From a bacterium (GTDB lineage Bacteria > Desulfobacterota > Deferrisomatia > Deferrisomatales > Deferrisomataceae), in the NCBI GenBank assembly GCA_027021615.1, contig JALUTY010000085.1:1-29541 (forward strand): a stretch of 29,541 bases of DNA. Reading direction: 5' to 3'. The position numbers and the translations under genes are program-made. The notes beneath the pieces were generated by a model. The model was not told the DNA's origin and did no database searches. It saw only the letters and a program-made list of their open reading frames with translations. Below, piece by piece: positions 16,410 through 24,023 of the stretch. Every line of letters starts with the position of its first letter. Position 1 is the stretch's first letter.

Positions 16410-17546
16410 CTACACCGGATCGGACCACCAGGGCTCGAACCGGTACGGGATGGGGGTTCCGTCCAGGCGGACCCGGGCGCCGCGGCTGTCCACGGGCACG
16501 GTGACGGAGCAGGTCACGGCCGAGGAGCCCTCCCAGCGTTTCCACTTCGCCCAGACCCCCGGGTCCCGGCTCAGGGCGAACACGGCCGGCCCCACCGAGC
16601 TCATGCCCACGATCTCGGCCCCCTCGTTTCGGAGCCGCTCCATGGTCGTCCAGACCTCCTTGCCCCGGTCGCCGTGGAGCTCGATCTCCGCCCTCTTGGA
16701 ACCTCCCTGGGACAGGTCCCAAAGCACGTCTCCCACGGCCCGGAGGTCGCCGGTGAGGGCGGCCGGCAGGAGGTCCATGAACACCCGGTACACCTTTTCC
16801 CGTGCCGCCTGCTCGTCCGCACGGCGGGCGGTTTGGACCAGAGATCGATACTCTGCCGCGCCCGACGAGACCTCGGGTGCGATCTGGGGCAGAATGAGCA
16901 GGGCCCGCAGGTCCTCGGGCAGGGCGACCCGTGCCAACAGCTCACATCGGTCCGACCCCACCACCAGACCCCCGTGCAGGCCGGCCATGGCGCCCACGTT
17001 GGTCTCGAACCCGGGCACCAGACGGGGCGGAGCCGAGGAGAGCTCCTCGCAGTAGTTGTGGGCGACCAGCTTGCGCAGGTCCCGCAGATCCAGGGGCCGT
17101 CCCAAGGCCTCGTTTAAGGCCAGGGCGGCCGCGGTCAGGGTTGCCACCGACGAGCCGAGCCCCATGTGCCGCCGGCCGTGGTCCCGGGTCTGGATCTCCA
17201 CCCCGCCGGGGTATCCGGTGAGGGTGAGGAAGAGGTGGGCCAGGTGCTGCCCCAGCAGGGGGCGGCTCCCCGTGGATCGAACCCCCGGGGCGTCGATCAG
17301 CGTGACCCGTGCCCGGGAGAACAGCCCCACCGCGAACCCCACCCCGCCGCCGCCGGGGCGGCCGAGGTCAAACCGGGTCATGTCCAACACCAGGGCGTGG
17401 AGCCGGCTCGGCACCTCGGCCTCGCACACCGTCCCGGCAGGTGAGGGCTCCACCGGCCGCAGATTTCCCCCCCACGCCACCGGCCAGACGAACCGGGACG
17501 GATCGCCGGGGGAGAAGGCCAGGGCCTCCAGGGACGGGCCAGTCAA
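16410..17546 (-). CDS. GHMP-kinase-superfamily protein, beta-ribofuranosylaminobenzene-5'-phosphate (beta-RFAP) synthase-like
   Basis: GHMP phosphate-binding motif HMGLGSSVATLTAAALAL. The N-terminal block PSRLHALVLDMTRFDLGRPGGGGVGFAV resembles the PSRLHFGLIDLNG..GR.DGG.G opening I recall for beta-RFAP synthases. Start: TTG 17546 has a perfect AGGAGG 7 nt upstream. The track ATG 17570 has no SD and lies only ~18 nt from the -12 element. Confidence 0.6.
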   Translation of the reverse strand: MTGPSLEALAFSPGDPSRFVWPVAWGGNLRPVEPSPAGTVCEAEVPSRLHALVLDMTRFDLGRPGGGGVGFAVGLFSRARVTLIDAPGVRSTGSRPLLGQHLAHLFLTLTGYPGGVEIQTRDHGRRHMGLGSSVATLTAAALALNEALGRPLDLRDLRKLVAHNYCEELSSAPPRLVPGFETNVGAMAGLHGGLVVGSDRCELLARVALPEDLRALLILPQIAPEVSSGAAEYRSLVQTARRADEQAAREKVYRVFMDLLPAALTGDLRAVGDVLWDLSQGGSKRAEIELHGDRGKEVWTTMERLRNEGAEIVGMSSVGPAVFALSRDPGVWAKWKRWEGSSAVTCSVTVPVDSRGARVRLDGTPIPYRFEPWWSDPV

Positions 17547-17587
17547 CAGGGCGCCTCCTGGACCATACATGGTTTTGTTCTGTAGTA

Positions 17588-17603
17588 TTCAAACATCGGG
17601 CCA
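17588..17603 (-). promoter_or_regulatory. candidate sigma-54 (-24/-12) promoter
   Basis: The minus strand reads TGGCCCGATGTTTGAA, against consensus TGGCAC-N5-TTGC. GG and TTG are correctly spaced; only the C of the -12 GC is replaced by A. It lies ~30 nt upstream of the AGGAGG of the GHMP-like gene, and a sigma-54 activator is encoded in the same gene string. Confidence 0.5.
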
Positions 17604-17782
17604 TCTCGTGGGGGGACGCAGGTGCATTCGGGGGGAGACGGCCGGGCGGCCCGGAGCCGATCCGTTCGGCGCCTCGTCAACTGCCGTTGAACCCGCTTGT
17701 TGGCTGCCTCTTGAGCGGATCTCACCCAGAGGGGCGGCCGTGGCGGTCGATCATAACATGAGAAATCAAACATAGGTAGGAA

Positions 17783-18895
17783 ATGACGATAAAAGGCCTG
17801 AAATACGACATTGGAGACGCACTGTGGGAAGGGGTCCCGTGCGCGGCGTTCGTAACCGACACTCGAGGACGGGTCGTGGGGTGGAACCCGGCTGCAGAGA
17901 TTCTGACCGGACGTCTGGCGCCGGATGTGGAGGGACGGCCGTGGCAGGAGGCCCTTGGTCGGCCGGACCCGGGGGGGGGGGCAGCTGACTCCCGGGGGAA
18001 CGCTTGGGTGGACACGGTGTGCGACGCCACCCGGGCGGACGGACGCCCCATGCGTCTCCGTCTCCGGTCCCGGCCCGTACGGGACCCGGCGGGCCGGCCC
18101 GCTGGCCGGCTGTGGCTGGCCACCGACCACTCCCTGCGGGACGCGGTGGACCGGAAGCTGGTTCAGTACGAGCGGCTGGCCACCTTGGGGGAGCTGGCCG
18201 CGTCCGTGGTGCACGAGGTGGGCAACCCCGTGTCGGTGATCCTGGGGTTCGCGGCGCTCCTCCAGAGCGAGACCGAGACCGACCCCGACGGATCGATCCG
18301 TCGCCGCATCTACGAAGAGGCACACCGATGCCGCACCCTGATCGACCAGCTGCTGGGCTACGCCCGCTCCGCAACGAGGGGAAGCGCGCCCGCGCCGGTG
18401 CGGCTGGCCGTGGTGGTGGGCGAGACCCTGCCCCTGGTGCGGCACCGCCTGCAGCGAGCCCAGGTGTCGGTGGACAGCCGTTTGCCCTCCGACCTGCCCT
18501 CCGTGTGGGGGGATGCGTCGGAGCTGAAGCAGGTCGTGCTGAACCTTTTGCTGAATGCGGCGGACGTGACGCCCCGCGGAGGGATGATCGAGGTTGTGGG
18601 CGACGTGGTGGAGCGGCAGGAGGAGAGAGGGGGGGACTCCCTTCTTGACCCGGTGCTGCGCCTGGAGCGCCAGACGCGGGTGAGGTTGCGGGTGGGAGAC
18701 CGGGGCCCCGGGCTCCGCGGCCAGGACCCGGAACGGTTCTTCGGACCGTTCGTGACCACCAAGGAGAAGGGCGGGGGATTGGGGCTCACCGTGTGCCGCC
18801 GCATCGTGGAGGCGTGGGGGGGGACCATCCGGCTCGAAGAGCGCGAGGGGGGAGGAGCCTGGGCCGTGGTGGAGCTTCCCGCACACGCCGGGTAA
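17783..18895 (+). CDS. cytoplasmic PAS-domain sensor histidine kinase (NtrB-like)
   Basis: No TM segments. The N-terminus is PAS-like (AAFVTDTRGRVVGWNPAAEILTG). H-box is ELAASVVHEVGNP, N-box LLLNAADV, G-boxes DRGPGL and GGGLGL. It is divergent from the GHMP-like gene. Confidence 0.85.
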   Translation: MTIKGLKYDIGDALWEGVPCAAFVTDTRGRVVGWNPAAEILTGRLAPDVEGRPWQEALGRPDPGGGAADSRGNAWVDTVCDATRADGRPMRLRLRSRPVRDPAGRPAGRLWLATDHSLRDAVDRKLVQYERLATLGELAASVVHEVGNPVSVILGFAALLQSETETDPDGSIRRRIYEEAHRCRTLIDQLLGYARSATRGSAPAPVRLAVVVGETLPLVRHRLQRAQVSVDSRLPSDLPSVWGDASELKQVVLNLLLNAADVTPRGGMIEVVGDVVERQEERGGDSLLDPVLRLERQTRVRLRVGDRGPGLRGQDPERFFGPFVTTKEKGGGLGLTVCRRIVEAWGGTIRLEEREGGGAWAVVELPAHAG

Positions 18896-18904
18896 CCCCT
18901 CCTC

Positions 18905-19188
18905 ATACCAAGTTGCGTTCAAACCAAGATCCGTCCGGGGGCCAGGGCAGGGGGCCTGGTTCCGGCCGTGCGGGAGTGCAGCATCCGCCTCACGCGGCCC
19001 CCGACACTCAGCCCGAGTGTCCCATGAACGGTAGAAAAGCGAACGTTGGCAATGCATTTCGGGTCACCGGCAGAGCGGGTATCGGCTGAGTGCCGGGGGC
19101 CGCGACTGTCGGAGCCACGCCCGGCGCTCCACCAGGCCCCTTGCCCCGCCGGTTCAGGGGTCTGATGGCCTTGAACGCAACTTGGTAT
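18905..19188. repeat. nested palindromic element R3 (~284 bp) filling a convergent gene gap
   Basis: Three concentric stems were read directly. Outer: 18905-18922 ATACCAAGTTGCGTTCAA with 19171-19188 TTGAACGCAACTTGGTAT (18/18). Middle: 18943-18960 CAGGGCAGGGGGCCTGGT with 19131-19148. Inner: 18996-19013 GGCCCCCGACACTCAGCC with 19084-19101 GGCTGAGTGCCGGGGGCC. The right arm overlaps the stop codon of the 19188 gene. Confidence 0.7.
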
Positions 19189-19736
19189 CAGCCCCCGCCG
19201 TAAAGGAGCTCTCGCAGCCGCCGAACCACCCGGGGCACCGCCTCCAGGTGCCGGATGGGGCACGGCAGGGTCCAGTCCTGCCAGGGGCCCAGGAGCTCGG
19301 CATAGGGATCTGCGCAGGCCCGGGAGAGCCGGAGGGGCACCTGCGGGAAATGCCGCTCTAGGGTCTGTCGCAGGCACGCCACCAGCCGGTCCCGCTCGGT
19401 CTCTCCCTCTGCATGGAGGACCAGGGCCGAGGTCCCGTACCGATCCCGCCGACCCCCCAGCTTGCCGTGGAGGTAGAGGTCCGGGTGGTCCTCGGCCAGC
19501 TGGCCGAGGATCTCCATGCAGGTTGTCTCGTCCGGGGCCGCGGCCACCACCTTCCAGCAGTCCCAGGCATGGGGCAGGTCGATCTCCGTCCGGTCCGTCT
19601 TCAGTTGGTCCAGCAGCCCGGCGAGGCACGGCAGGCACCGCTCGTGGATTCGGCGCTTCGTGCGTTCCATTCGGGGGTGGGTCTCGAAGCTCCACCACCC
19701 CTCCCGGGACACCCGGTGCCCGAAATGGACCTCCAT
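19188..19736 (-). CDS. hypothetical protein (182 aa), Cys/Trp/His-rich, no recognised domain
   Basis: Strong G/C at codon position 3 throughout. Start ATG 19736 (MEVHFGH) avoids overlap with the 61-aa gene but has no clear SD; ATG 19811 is an alternative. Contains CLPC and several isolated Cys/His. Confidence 0.55.
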   Translation of the reverse strand: MEVHFGHRVSREGWWSFETHPRMERTKRRIHERCLPCLAGLLDQLKTDRTEIDLPHAWDCWKVVAAAPDETTCMEILGQLAEDHPDLYLHGKLGGRRDRYGTSALVLHAEGETERDRLVACLRQTLERHFPQVPLRLSRACADPYAELLGPWQDWTLPCPIRHLEAVPRVVRRLRELLYGGG

Positions 19737-19759
19737 GGGAACGGGCCCGTCGGACCGGG

Positions 19760-19945
19760 CTACGGCGTTTTCGTCCCAGCAGGCGGCTCGAAATGGGCCC
19801 GGAGCACCCACAGGGTCCCCTCCATCCGGCGCACGTTCCGCTCCACCGCCGGGATGCCGTCCCCGGCCCGCTCCAGCTCCCTCAACGCCGAGGCCACCCG
19901 GTCCAACGCCTCGGCCACCTCACGGATCCGATCGTCCGGAGCCAT
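19760..19945 (-). CDS. hypothetical 61-aa helical protein, translationally coupled to the CoA ligase
   Basis: The ATG shares its A with the ligase stop (TGATG) and is preceded by AAGGAGGGAGG inside the ligase 3' end. Codon position 3 is G/C-rich. It is hidden in the track inside a longer out-of-frame ORF (19760..20368). Confidence 0.6.
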   Translation of the reverse strand: MAPDDRIREVAEALDRVASALRELERAGDGIPAVERNVRRMEGTLWVLRAHFEPPAGTKTP

Positions 19946-21288
19946 CACGCGCCTCCCTCCTTGCGAAGATCGTGGAACCTCCGGGCCTTCACCTGGTAGC
20001 GCGGCAGGCTGCCGTAGGGCTGGGGCTGGATGTCGAAGTTGAGCTGGGTCTTCCACCGGAGCCGGCTGGCCAGCTCCTTGAGCAGGCCGTCCCGGTCCGG
20101 CGGGGCCAGCCCGTCGGGCAGCTCCACCTTGAGGGTGATGTGATCCAGGTCGCCGCGCTTCTCCACGAAGATCTCGAACTCGCCGTCCAGCTCCTCGAAC
20201 GATCGGACCACCTCCTCCACGGTGACCGGGGAGAACAGCACCCCCTTCACCTTGGTGATGTGGTCCACCCGGCCGTGGACCCCCCCTTCGAGGATGCGCC
20301 AGGTGCGGCCGCATTCGCATCCGTCCGCGGCCCACATGGACACGTCCTTGGTGTCGAACCGCACGCACGGCTGGGCCCTCCGGTCGAAGGCGGTGATCAC
20401 GATCCGTCCCGGCACGCCGGGCCGGGTCACCGGGCGGTCGGAGTCAAGCTCCAGGAGCTCCACCAGGAACATGGACTCGATCACGTGCTGGCCCCCGGGC
20501 TGGTGCCGGCACTCGAACCCCCATGCGCCGACCTCGGTGGCGCCCACGTGGTCGTAGACGGGGCATCCCCAGGCGTCCTGCATGCGCTTCTTTGTCGTCG
20601 GAACCGAGGCCCCGGGCTCCCCGGCACAGGTGATCCGCCGGATGCCCCACTCCCGGGGGTCGGCGCCCAGGTCCTTGCGCGCGGTCTCGGCCATGCCCAG
20701 CACGTAGGTGGGGGTGGCCATGAAAGCGTTGGTCTTGAGCTCGCGCATCTTGAGCAGCCGCTCCCGGGTGCCCAGAACGCCCCCGGGGACCACCTCGCAC
20801 CCGAGCCGCTCGGCCCCGTAGTGGGCGGTCCAGAAGGCGATGAACACGTGGTAGCCGAAGGGGAAGAACACCCGGTCGGTGGGGCGGTACCCCTGGGCCC
20901 ACAGGATCGTGGCCCAGAGCTCCGAGAACCACTCCCAGTCGGCCCAGGTGTCGGGCTGGTACACGGGGGTGCCGGTGGTGCCCGAGGTCTGATGGTACTC
21001 GGTCACCTCCTCCAGGGGCACGCACAGGGTGTCGCCGTAGGGAAACGGGTCCGTGCCCTGGCACCGGTAGTCGTCCTTGGTCACCAGGGGCACCTTGGCC
21101 AGGTCGTCCCAGGTCCGCACGTCCTCCGGACGAAGGCCGGCCTCGTCGTACTTGCGGCGGTACATGGGGCTTCGCTCGTACACCCAGGCGAGCACCCGCC
21201 GGAACTTGGCCAGCTGGATCTCCCGGAGCCGGTCCGGGTCCAGGGTCTCGGTGATCGGGTTCCAGTACTCGGTCTCCGGGTACGGCAT
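19945..21288 (-). CDS. phenylacetate-CoA ligase (PaaK)-family aryl/acyl-CoA ligase
   Basis: 447 aa. N-terminal ...EIQLAKFRRVLAWVYERSPMYRRKY, AMP-binding core YHQTSGTTGTP, ATPTY, CAGEPG and VKG..FSP blocks are typical of the PaaK/F390-synthetase branch. ATG 21288 is preceded by GGAGAG. Confidence 0.85.
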   Translation of the reverse strand: MPYPETEYWNPITETLDPDRLREIQLAKFRRVLAWVYERSPMYRRKYDEAGLRPEDVRTWDDLAKVPLVTKDDYRCQGTDPFPYGDTLCVPLEEVTEYHQTSGTTGTPVYQPDTWADWEWFSELWATILWAQGYRPTDRVFFPFGYHVFIAFWTAHYGAERLGCEVVPGGVLGTRERLLKMRELKTNAFMATPTYVLGMAETARKDLGADPREWGIRRITCAGEPGASVPTTKKRMQDAWGCPVYDHVGATEVGAWGFECRHQPGGQHVIESMFLVELLELDSDRPVTRPGVPGRIVITAFDRRAQPCVRFDTKDVSMWAADGCECGRTWRILEGGVHGRVDHITKVKGVLFSPVTVEEVVRSFEELDGEFEIFVEKRGDLDHITLKVELPDGLAPPDRDGLLKELASRLRWKTQLNFDIQPQPYGSLPRYQVKARRFHDLRKEGGA

Positions 21289-21303
21289 GGTTTCTCTCCG
21301 AGG

Positions 21304-21351
21304 CTAGGAAGCTGGAAGGCTAAAAGGCTAGAAGGCTAGGAAGCTGGAAAG
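21304..21351. repeat. 8-nt-phased CTAG micro-array (6 units, purine-rich on + strand)
   Basis: CTAGGAAG|CTGGAAGG|CTAAAAGG|CTAGAAGG|CTAGGAAG|CTGGAAAG, starting 16 nt upstream of the ligase ATG. Confidence 0.8.
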
Positions 21352-21397
21352 CCAAAGACCTCCGCGATCTTTAAGCGCTGCGCCGTCACCACAAGTC

Positions 21398-21492
21398 GGG
21401 GATGCCTGGGGCCTGGTGGAGCGCCGGGCGTGGCTCCTACAGTCGCTGCATTCGGCACTCACGCACGGCCGAAACCAGGCCCCAGGCATCCC
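21398..21492. repeat. R3 core hairpin copy (~95 bp)
   Basis: GGGGATGCCTGGGGCCTGGT (21398-21417) pairs with ACCAGGCCCCAGGCATCCC (21474-21492). The interior (GGAGCGCCGGGCGTGGCTCCTACAGTCGC...) is the reverse complement of 19102-19140 and 18951-18980, i.e. the R3 middle stem without the ~125-nt inner insert. Confidence 0.65.
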
Positions 21493-21751
21493 TATTGACC
21501 CGGCGGACAAACAGGCGCTATCGCTCACTGCTCGGACCTGCCGGAGAGCCGGGCGCGGCCCCTTAACTCGCCGCGCAGCGCCTCCGACGCTCGGATCGCG
21601 AAATGGTTCGGATTCCACCGAGTTGTCATGAAACCAGCTCTTCGGTCCCGTGCCTGCGCGGCGAATCCCATGCCCGGCTTCGCGCCCGGCCTTTAGGCAG
21701 GTCCCTTGCCCCGCCCTCCGAGGTGCCGCGCTTATTTTGCCGCCAGGTTAA

Positions 21752-22025
21752 TACTAACTACCAACGGAACTATTGTCAGATCCCCGGCGTTCACAAGGGA
21801 ACCAGCGGGTGGGGGGCTGGTGGAGAGCCGGGCGCGGCCCCTTACGTCGCCGCGCCCTCACCCGGCCTGGATCGCTCTGTAAGTTCAGGAACTTCCGCCA
21901 CCAGCGCCCCGGCCTACCGGGCTGACAACGGCATGCGAAGGCGCGGCGAAGGGGATGCCGCACTCGCGCCCGGCCGGAACCAGTCCCCCACCCGCGTCCG
22001 GCAATACCTTCGTAGGCCTTAGTAA
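21752..22025. mobile_element. MITE-like foldback element R2, copy b (inverted relative to copy a)
   Basis: The reverse complement aligns end to end with 1517-1789, with the same termini (TACTAA...TTAGTA) and the same central GGAAGTTCCTGAACTT palindrome. Confidence 0.6.
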
Positions 22026-22073
22026 GCTTTGGCGCGGCTGGGGAGTTCCCGGCGGGCCGAAGGCCCGAAGGGC

Positions 22074-22670
22074 TCATCCTCCCGCCGACAGCACCTTCAC
22101 GTCGCTGCCCTTCCAGCGGCGGAACAGGTTGTGCTCGATGCGGAGCTGGTCGAGCACTTTGCCCACGGTCTGATCCACGATCTCCTCCACCGTGCGGGGG
22201 CGGTGGTAGAAGGCCACCATAGGGGGCAGGATCACCGCCCCGATGTCTGCGCACCGGCGGAGGATGTCCAGGTGCCCCTTGTGCAACGGGGTCTCCCGGA
22301 ACAGCAGGACCAGGGGCCGGCGCTCCTTCAGGGTCACGTCGGCCGCCCGCACCAGCAGGTTGTCATTGTACGAGTTGGAGATGGCCGAGGCGGTCTTCAC
22401 CGAGCAGGGGGCCACCACCATGCCCTCGGTCAGGAACGATCCGCTGGCAATGGCCGCTCCCACGTCCTCGGGGTCGTAGACCTTGGAGGCCAGGGCCTCC
22501 ACCCGCTCCGGGGTCCAGTCGCTCTCGAGCCGGATGTTGCGCCGGGCGGCCTTGGAGAGGATCAGATGGGTCTCCACCCCGAGCTCCCGGAGCACCTGCA
22601 AGAGCCGGATGCCGTACTGGGGGCCGGTGGCCCCGGAGATGCCAACCACCAATCTACGGGGTACGTTCAT
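22074..22670 (-). CDS. ubiX: flavin prenyltransferase UbiX (prFMN synthase)
   Basis: 198 aa. RLVVGISGATGPQYGIRLL, MVVAPCSVKT and RPLVLLFRETPLH blocks are present. The ATG overlaps the stop of the upstream UbiD paralogue (ATGA). Confidence 0.9.
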   Translation of the reverse strand: MNVPRRLVVGISGATGPQYGIRLLQVLRELGVETHLILSKAARRNIRLESDWTPERVEALASKVYDPEDVGAAIASGSFLTEGMVVAPCSVKTASAISNSYNDNLLVRAADVTLKERRPLVLLFRETPLHKGHLDILRRCADIGAVILPPMVAFYHRPRTVEEIVDQTVGKVLDQLRIEHNLFRRWKGSDVKVLSAGG

Positions 22671-24010
22671 CGCTCTCTCCTCGTGAGGAACCCAAGGGCC
22701 CGTTCCAATGCCGGCCCAGGGACTCGGGCCCGCCGTCCGGGTACCCGATGGTACCCGGTGGCGTCCACCCCTGCCTTGGCCGTGACCGCGTGCTCGTGGG
22801 CCGAAGGGTCGATGGGCTGGCCCTGGAGACCCGGCAGGATCACCCAGTCCCGGTCGGGCTGGGTCCGGCTCACCACGGACCACTCCACGTCCCAGGGGTC
22901 TTCCACGTCCACGTCCTCGGCCACGGCCACCACCTGCTTCACCCGGGTCTCGCGCAGCAGGATCTTCAGGAATGCCCGGATCCGGTCCGGCGTTGTCGGA
23001 GCGAGCCGGACCACCACCGAGGCGCCGTACGAGAACGGGACGGCCCGGACCGCCGTGACCTCGACCGGCACAGACCCGAGCAGGGCCTGCACGGAGGCCT
23101 CGGCCACCATGCCTAGGAGCCGGTCGGCCTCCCACCCGGTGGGGAGGAGGGCGTGGTACAGGGGGCTCTGCCGGCACCGGACCGATCTCACCACGAAGGT
23201 GGGGGTGGCGGAAAACGATACGTGGTACCCGCTGATCTCCCCGAACGGGCCGTCCGGGCGCTCGTCCGAGGGGTCGATCTCGCCCTCCAGCAGGATCTCG
23301 GCCTCGGCCGGCACCGGGATACCGGTGTGGGGGGCGCTCACCAGGTCCACGGGCTCCCCCCGCAGGGCGCCGGCCGCGGCCATCTTGTCCTCGCCGGCGC
23401 GCCCCTTGAGGGCTGCGGCGAGAAAGGTGAGCGGCTCGTGCCCCAGGGTCACAGCGGCCGGCAGGGGCCGGCCCGTCGCCTTGGCCTCGGCATACACCTC
23501 GGACAGGGGCGGGTTCAGCAGGGCCACGCCGAACCGGTCCGGCCCGCGCTGCTCCATGCGGTGGACGCCCCGGGCCACGGTGCCGGTGCGGGGATCCACG
23601 GCCGAGACCACGGCCGTAGTCAGGAACGCCCCGGAGTCGCCCTCGTAGTGGGTGAGCACGGGCAGAAGCTCCCCGATCTCTGCCGGCTCGATCGACCGTT
23701 CGAGCACGGGGCCGTCGGCCCCGGTCCGCGGCGGGACCTCGGCGGTGCACCGCTCCACGAACGCGCGGCCGGCCCGCTCCGGGGGCACGCCCAGGCCATG
23801 GGCCAGGACCTCGTCGTGGCACAGCACGTTCCCCACCACCGGCAGCGGGCCCCGGTCGGTCCGGCCCACGTGCACGGCTCGATGCTGCCGGGACGCCACG
23901 TGGAGCAGGGCCGCCACCTCGTGCCGCACCGACACGGGGCCCCCCACCTCCGCCAGGCGACCACAGGCCTGGAGGAACGCCACCACATCGGTCAGGTCGC
24001 GGAACGCCAC
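22667..24010 (-). CDS. UbiD-family protein, divergent third paralogue (447 aa)
   Basis: GTG 24010 is preceded by AGGGGAG, 13 nt after the stop of the 84-aa gene. N-terminus AFRDLTDVVAFLQACGRL is UbiD-like. The PFGE.SGY block is present as DGPFGEISGY. The N-x-G-x-Y-R signature is degenerate (ARGVHR). The track start at 24145 overlaps the upstream gene. Confidence 0.8.
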   Translation of the reverse strand: MAFRDLTDVVAFLQACGRLAEVGGPVSVRHEVAALLHVASRQHRAVHVGRTDRGPLPVVGNVLCHDEVLAHGLGVPPERAGRAFVERCTAEVPPRTGADGPVLERSIEPAEIGELLPVLTHYEGDSGAFLTTAVVSAVDPRTGTVARGVHRMEQRGPDRFGVALLNPPLSEVYAEAKATGRPLPAAVTLGHEPLTFLAAALKGRAGEDKMAAAGALRGEPVDLVSAPHTGIPVPAEAEILLEGEIDPSDERPDGPFGEISGYHVSFSATPTFVVRSVRCRQSPLYHALLPTGWEADRLLGMVAEASVQALLGSVPVEVTAVRAVPFSYGASVVVRLAPTTPDRIRAFLKILLRETRVKQVVAVAEDVDVEDPWDVEWSVVSRTQPDRDWVILPGLQGQPIDPSAHEHAVTAKAGVDATGYHRVPGRRARVPGPALERALGFLTRRER

Positions 24011-24023
24011 GATCCGTGCTCCC

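Noticed and set aside
17547-17570. Track start ATG 17570 for the GHMP-like gene
   Set aside because: It has no Shine-Dalgarno and lies only ~18 nt from the -12 element of the candidate sigma-54 promoter. The in-frame TTG at 17546 has a perfect AGGAGG 7 nt upstream. The ATG cannot be fully excluded.
17701-17716. Sigma-54-like TGGCTGCCTCTTGAGC upstream of the histidine kinase gene
   Set aside because: The GG-to-GC spacing is off by one in either register, and the -12 TTGC is not reproduced. It is probably fortuitous.
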